Source: Myxococcota bacterium
GTDB taxonomy: Bacteria > Myxococcota_A > Polyangia > Nannocystales > Nannocystaceae
Assembly: GCA_039028615.1 (NCBI GenBank)
Contig: JBCCHT010000027.1
Location: 139,873-203,872 of the forward strand
Reading direction: 5' to 3'
DNA length: 64,000 bases
In this document: one piece after another, positions 59,715 through 64,000 of the stretch
Layout: each line of letters begins with the position of its first letter
How positions within the stretch are numbered: position 1 is the first letter of the stretch
The notes under the pieces: generated by a model
The model's database searches: none
The model's input: only the letters and a program-made list of their open reading frames with translations
Told to the model about the DNA's origin: nothing
Translations under genes and position numbers: made by a program

Positions 59715-61433
59715 CTATTGGGTCGGCGGCGGCGGACAGGTCATGCTGCCCGCCGGGCACACCGCGAACTGGCCCATCATCCCGCCGTCTTCGTGCGGGA
59801 GGATGTGGCAGTGATACATGTACGCCGCGTCGGCGATGCCTCCCGGCCCCTCGGGGTCGTTCGCGAAGTCGGAGAACTGGCCGATGAAGCGTAAGTCCTC
59901 GCCCGGCGGCACCATCACCGTGTCCTTGGGGCCCGCCTCCCACGGCTCGGGCGCCACGGGGGCCATCGGACCCGGGCCGTCCGGATCGCGATCGAGGATG
60001 TGGAAGTGGATGTCGTGGATGTGGAAGGGGTGGCCGAGCGGAGTGAGGTTGGTGAGGGTCCAGACCTCGACCGCGTCTTCCTCGACGTACTCGTCGATCA
60101 CCATCATGTCCATCTGATTGCCGTTGAGTTCGAAGCCCATGGCCGGCGGCACCGCCACGGTCATCACCATCGGATGCGGCACCGCACCGACCTCCGAGGG
60201 GATATCGGCGGGGACCAGAGCATCGGGCATCGTGGTCGTGCCGTTCTCGGTCGGGCCCTCGACGTCGAAGCGGATGACGTCGAAGTCCGTGCCCTCGACG
60301 CCCATCATCATCGGGTTCGGACCGCCGATGATGTCCATGGGAAGCTCGCTGTTGTTGGCCCGCAGCGTCACCGACTCGCCCTCGTCGCCCGACAGGTCGA
60401 CCAAGATCTCGAAGCGCTCGCCCGGTGAGTGCCTCAGGCTGGTGACCGCCACGGGGGCTTCCAGCAGGCCGAGGTCGTTGCCGATGACATGGAAGGTACG
60501 CCCGTCGGCGAACTCGAGGTTGAAGGTCAGCTCGAGCGAGCCGTTGAGCAGGCGCAGGCGCACCATCTGGGCCGGCACCTCGCGGTAGGCTTCCGCGGCG
60601 CCGTTGACCGTCATCGTGTTGCCGCGAGGCGCGTCCTGGAGCACACCGTTGTCATCGAGCTGCTTGTCCTGGAGCACGAGCGGGAGGTCGTCGATGCCGT
60701 ACTCCCGGGGCAGGTCGAGGGCCGCTTCGACGTCGTCGCGCACGATGATGAAGCCGGACAGCCCGATCCGTACCTGGTTGGCCGTGTCCTCGTGAAGATG
60801 CGGGTGGTACCACATCGTCGACGCCGCGTTCATCACCTCGAACGCCGGCTCCCAGACGCCGCCGCCCGCCGCGATCATCTGGTGCGGGCCACCGTCGTTG
60901 GCGGGAGAGACGTGAGCGCCGTGCCAGTGGGTCGTGCTCGGACCGGCGAGCTCGTTGGTGACGGAGATGGTGATGTCCTCACCGTCCACCCACACCATGG
61001 TCGGTCCCAGGATGTCGCCGTTGTAGCCCGCGGTGTCGCTGGGCTGGCCATCGGCGGTGAAGGTGTGCGTGCCCTCGTCCATCACGAGCTCGAAGTCGTT
61101 CCCCTCGAGCAGCTCTGGAATGATGATGTTGCCCTGGTAGCCGTCGTCCTCGCCGCCGGACGAGGTCGAGTCGTCCTCGGTCTCACCGGGATCGGTCGTG
61201 GTCGCGCTGGTGGAATCCGCGACCGCATCGGTGGTGTCCACTCCACTGTCGGTCGTCGAGGTCAGTGGGGTCCCGGCCGTCGTGTCGCTCCCGTCGGAGC
61301 CGGTCGTCGCCGAGTCGTCACCGCAGGCCGCCGTGGCCAGTAGCAGCGCCGCCCCGATGAGCAGCTTGGGTGGGGGGCGGACGAATGAAGTCCAGCCGGA
61401 GGAAACCAAGGGGGAATCTATGAGAGTGGCCAT
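59715..61433 (-). CDS. Multicopper oxidase (CueO/laccase-like) lipoprotein
   Basis: HWHG, WYHPH, HPFHIH, HCHILPHEDGGMM; TAAC lipobox and S/T linker. Confidence 0.93.
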   Translation of the reverse strand: MATLIDSPLVSSGWTSFVRPPPKLLIGAALLLATAACGDDSATTGSDGSDTTAGTPLTSTTDSGVDTTDAVADSTSATTTDPGETEDDSTSSGGEDDGYQGNIIIPELLEGNDFELVMDEGTHTFTADGQPSDTAGYNGDILGPTMVWVDGEDITISVTNELAGPSTTHWHGAHVSPANDGGPHQMIAAGGGVWEPAFEVMNAASTMWYHPHLHEDTANQVRIGLSGFIIVRDDVEAALDLPREYGIDDLPLVLQDKQLDDNGVLQDAPRGNTMTVNGAAEAYREVPAQMVRLRLLNGSLELTFNLEFADGRTFHVIGNDLGLLEAPVAVTSLRHSPGERFEILVDLSGDEGESVTLRANNSELPMDIIGGPNPMMMGVEGTDFDVIRFDVEGPTENGTTTMPDALVPADIPSEVGAVPHPMVMTVAVPPAMGFELNGNQMDMMVIDEYVEEDAVEVWTLTNLTPLGHPFHIHDIHFHILDRDPDGPGPMAPVAPEPWEAGPKDTVMVPPGEDLRFIGQFSDFANDPEGPGGIADAAYMYHCHILPHEDGGMMGQFAVCPAGSMTCPPPPTQ

Positions 61434-62618
61434 CGGCGAGCAGCGTAGCAACGGCGAGGGGCCGTGTTCGCTCCTTCGCCGTACACAAGGTGGGCCACTC
61501 ATGTCGCCCCTCGCCCTGTCGCGGGAAGGTGTCTCGACCGTGCTGCTCGTCTCGCAGTCCACTCGATTCCAAGGAGGGGAACGCTGCTCCGGTGATGTTC
61601 TTTCCAAAAGAAACGATGTAGCTCCAGCGAGGGCGAGCCACCTCGAGGGGCGCGGAACGTCGATTACCGGTGCATGCAAATACGACCTGCGTATTTCGCA
61701 GTGGAGACGCAGGCAGTGTCGCAACCGATGTAGCGCCGCAACTGAGCGGTCGATTTCGAACGGCGGCCGCGCCAAAGACCGAGTGCGCAGATGGTGCTCG
61801 CCCGTAGGTGCGAGCCGCATCCTCCCCCGAGGGAACGAGACGTCGGTGCTTCCATTCGCAGCGGCGCCCGACTCGATCGGCAAGTCGTCACCCCTCGTCG
61901 AAAAAATCGTTCGCCGACCGACACCGTGAAGCCGACGTCACGGTCGAGCACGGCAAGGGGTTTCGCACCGAGTCATCACGTTCGCGATCGACGATCGACG
62001 ATCGAAAAATTCTCGCCTCCCGATCGAAGGAGGAACGACCGCGTCGGTGTGACCCAACACGACGAATTGCTCTCACTCACCGTGCATTGGAGCCCGAGGC
62101 ATCGCAGCCGCTGGGCTCCTTTTTTTTGGTTCGAGATTCCACGCGTCGCGAAAAGCCCGTGCAACTGTCCCCACGACGACGTTTCGTAGGCGTTTTGCAC
62201 TTCTCTTCACGACGCGGTGACGAATGGCGCTCTCGCAGCACTATTAGTACACGAGCCCGACAATGAAGCCGGGTGAGTGGTCGCTCTTCTCCGAATGGTC
62301 GTAGAAGCGCAAGTCGTAGTCCCATCAACTACCCGAAGGAAACAGGTAACCGGAACACGATTGACGACCCACCATAGCCGGTAAACGAGAGGAACCTTCG
62401 CGTTCACGACCGAGTCGTGCCATTCGCACGATGCGATCGAGACGTCGATCTGGACCCGACCACGACTCTCAGTGCTCGCGTGAGCGCTGAATCGGGGTCG
62501 CTACGGCCTCTTGCGCGCCGGATCTGACCGATGCGCCGCTTTTCGGGCGTGTCGTGCAGGTTGCCGGCTGCATGGGCGCAGTGGAGTCGGTCACGTTCGC
62601 TCTGCGCCACGCTGAACA

Positions 62619-63071
62619 GTGCAACATTCGAATAGTGGAACTGCCACCTCCATTGCCGCTCTGATCTTCGCCGCCAGCTTCGCCACTCCGACAGTGGCAC
62701 AAGCCAACACTGGCGCATTCGATGAAAACAATGCGACTCCGGCAATGGCACAAGCGTCCGTCCTCACGAAGGTCGATAGCCCCCCGCTGCCCGGCGATCC
62801 CTCGGGCGCGTGCAGCAAGTGCCGTGCGAGCACGATGACCGTCAATGGCCAGAACGAAGCCGACATCGAGCTGTACTACCAGGACGATGGCCAGAGCACC
62901 ACGGCCGACCTGCAGTTCGACCTGCACCTCAAGGACGGCTCGTGGCAGTACGTCACCATCTACAACCAGCAGCTCGTGGACCAAACGTCGACCAGCCACA
63001 CCATCGAGGGCGACAGCAGCTGGAACTGGGATGATGTCGAGGAGGTCTATGTCGAAGTCGTGCCCGGATAG
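62619..63071 (+). CDS. Secreted hypothetical protein
   Basis: Signal peptide ending VAQA; acidic beta-rich domain. Confidence 0.6.
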   Translation: MQHSNSGTATSIAALIFAASFATPTVAQANTGAFDENNATPAMAQASVLTKVDSPPLPGDPSGACSKCRASTMTVNGQNEADIELYYQDDGQSTTADLQFDLHLKDGSWQYVTIYNQQLVDQTSTSHTIEGDSSWNWDDVEEVYVEVVPG

Positions 63072-63094
63072 TGCCAGTCCTCCGCCCGCCCGTG

Positions 63095-64000
63095 TCAGGG
63101 TACATAGACCCGATAGTGAGCGATGGCTTCGGCTCTCATGCCGTGGTCGAGCGCCCAGCGTAGCCCATGAGCCATCCATTGGCCGGGGTCGGTCTCCGCC
63201 TCGGATCCGAGGCGCTGATGCAGGCCTCGACCCAGCACGTACGCATCGGCCGACTCCACGACGCGGGTGCTCGCGATGACGACGCGAGTACCCGCGCCGA
63301 GGAACGCGGCGGCGAGGCTGAGCCCGCCGCGGCTGGTGCGATCGTCGGTGACACCACTGGCACACGCCATGAGGACCACGGAGCGAGGAGCCGTGGGCAT
63401 CATGAGGATGTCGGGCACCTCGAGCCGACTCACCCCATCGAGCGGCAGGTACGAGGGCTCCGAGGCCGCGCCGCCGGGATACGGAGGCCACAAGCGCAGG
63501 CGCCGAGCCTCCGGCGCGTCGGAGTAGTAGCCATGACCCACGTAGTAGAAATGCTCGTTGAGCCCGAGCTGCTCGCGAATCTGTACGGCTTGCCCGTGGC
63601 TGGTGTCGAAGCGCTTCACCGCCCGGGTCTCGCTGGCCAGCAGCTCCTCCACCGCCAGCGCCTCCGCCGGAGCGCCCCCGGCTTCGTCGTCACTCAAGAT
63701 GAGGGCACCGCCTCGAGCGACCGTGCCCGTCCATCCCGCGGTGGGAAGGTCGAGACCGTAGACGACCGGGCGCTGCAGGATGAGCGGCTCCCCGCGCCAC
63801 GGGAGCGCATGCACGGGGATCGAAGCCCCCGGCCCGCTCGAGAGCACCCGTATCCGCTCGGCGCCGTCGAGCGCTTCATCCAAGGGTCCCAGTAGCTGGG
63901 TGGCGACCCGGGCGGGGTCGACCACGCCCGCGGGCAGCGCGAGGGCGCGATGCACCACCCCCCCCACACCCCAGGCCCGGCCGGTCAGCTCGCCCCCCCC
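63095..64000 (-). CDS. CHAT-domain (caspase-like) protein, 5' end probably outside the window
   Basis: IPVHALPW, YVGHG, LMACASG, LAAAFLGAGTRVVIAS. Confidence 0.85.
   Translation of the reverse strand, partial: GGGELTGRAWGVGGVVHRALALPAGVVDPARVATQLLGPLDEALDGAERIRVLSSGPGASIPVHALPWRGEPLILQRPVVYGLDLPTAGWTGTVARGGALILSDDEAGGAPAEALAVEELLASETRAVKRFDTSHGQAVQIREQLGLNEHFYYVGHGYYSDAPEARRLRLWPPYPGGAASEPSYLPLDGVSRLEVPDILMMPTAPRSVVLMACASGVTDDRTSRGGLSLAAAFLGAGTRVVIASTRVVESADAYVLGRGLHQRLGSEAETDPGQWMAHGLRWALDHGMRAEAIAHYRVYVP

Noticed and set aside
61690..61760. CGCAACTG as part of a cobalamin riboswitch; CAATGAAGC near 62261 as c-di-GMP-II riboswitch
   Set aside because: The other conserved elements and spacing are missing.

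Overview
High-GC chromosomal window whose gene content points to a myxobacterium, probably Nannocystaceae-like: three paralogous Ser/Thr kinase-TM-TPR receptors, an FHA-sigma54 activator, a MYXO-CTERM protein, Ser/Thr/Gly-linker lipoproteins and a CHAT protease. Most of it is ordinary accessory metabolism and signalling, but three parts stand out. (1) A minus-strand array of seven tRNA/tRNA-like genes (31488-32403) includes aberrant members: a 133-nt Ser(CGA)-anticodon RNA with a hairpin inserted in its D-loop, a short-D-arm Trp and a degenerate Phe. It runs into a Y-RNA-like ncRNA that encloses a complete, non-permuted tRNA cloverleaf in a long terminal stem, then a Ro60/TROVE-like vWA gene translationally coupled to an ARPP-1/DUF6569-like gene. 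(2) This array and a separate tRNA-Asp/tRNA-His pair 12 kb away (19442-19705) are each preceded by a homologous leader: a TTGACG promoter box, a short peptide ending [DE]-I-x-x-C-stop, a covarying 9-bp triloop hairpin in identical register, and a long hairpin covering the stop codon. The peptide before tRNA-His is His-rich. I infer a translation-sensing attenuator controlling back-up tRNAs and RNA quality control. (3) A polymorphic-toxin-like region (34438-44611) contains a LysM carrier, an ADP-ribosyltransferase-like toxin with variant catalytic motifs, candidate immunity genes and a large protein ending in a GT-B glycosyltransferase-like domain. Family assignments come from motif recognition only; no searches were run. 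Many start codons are my estimates.
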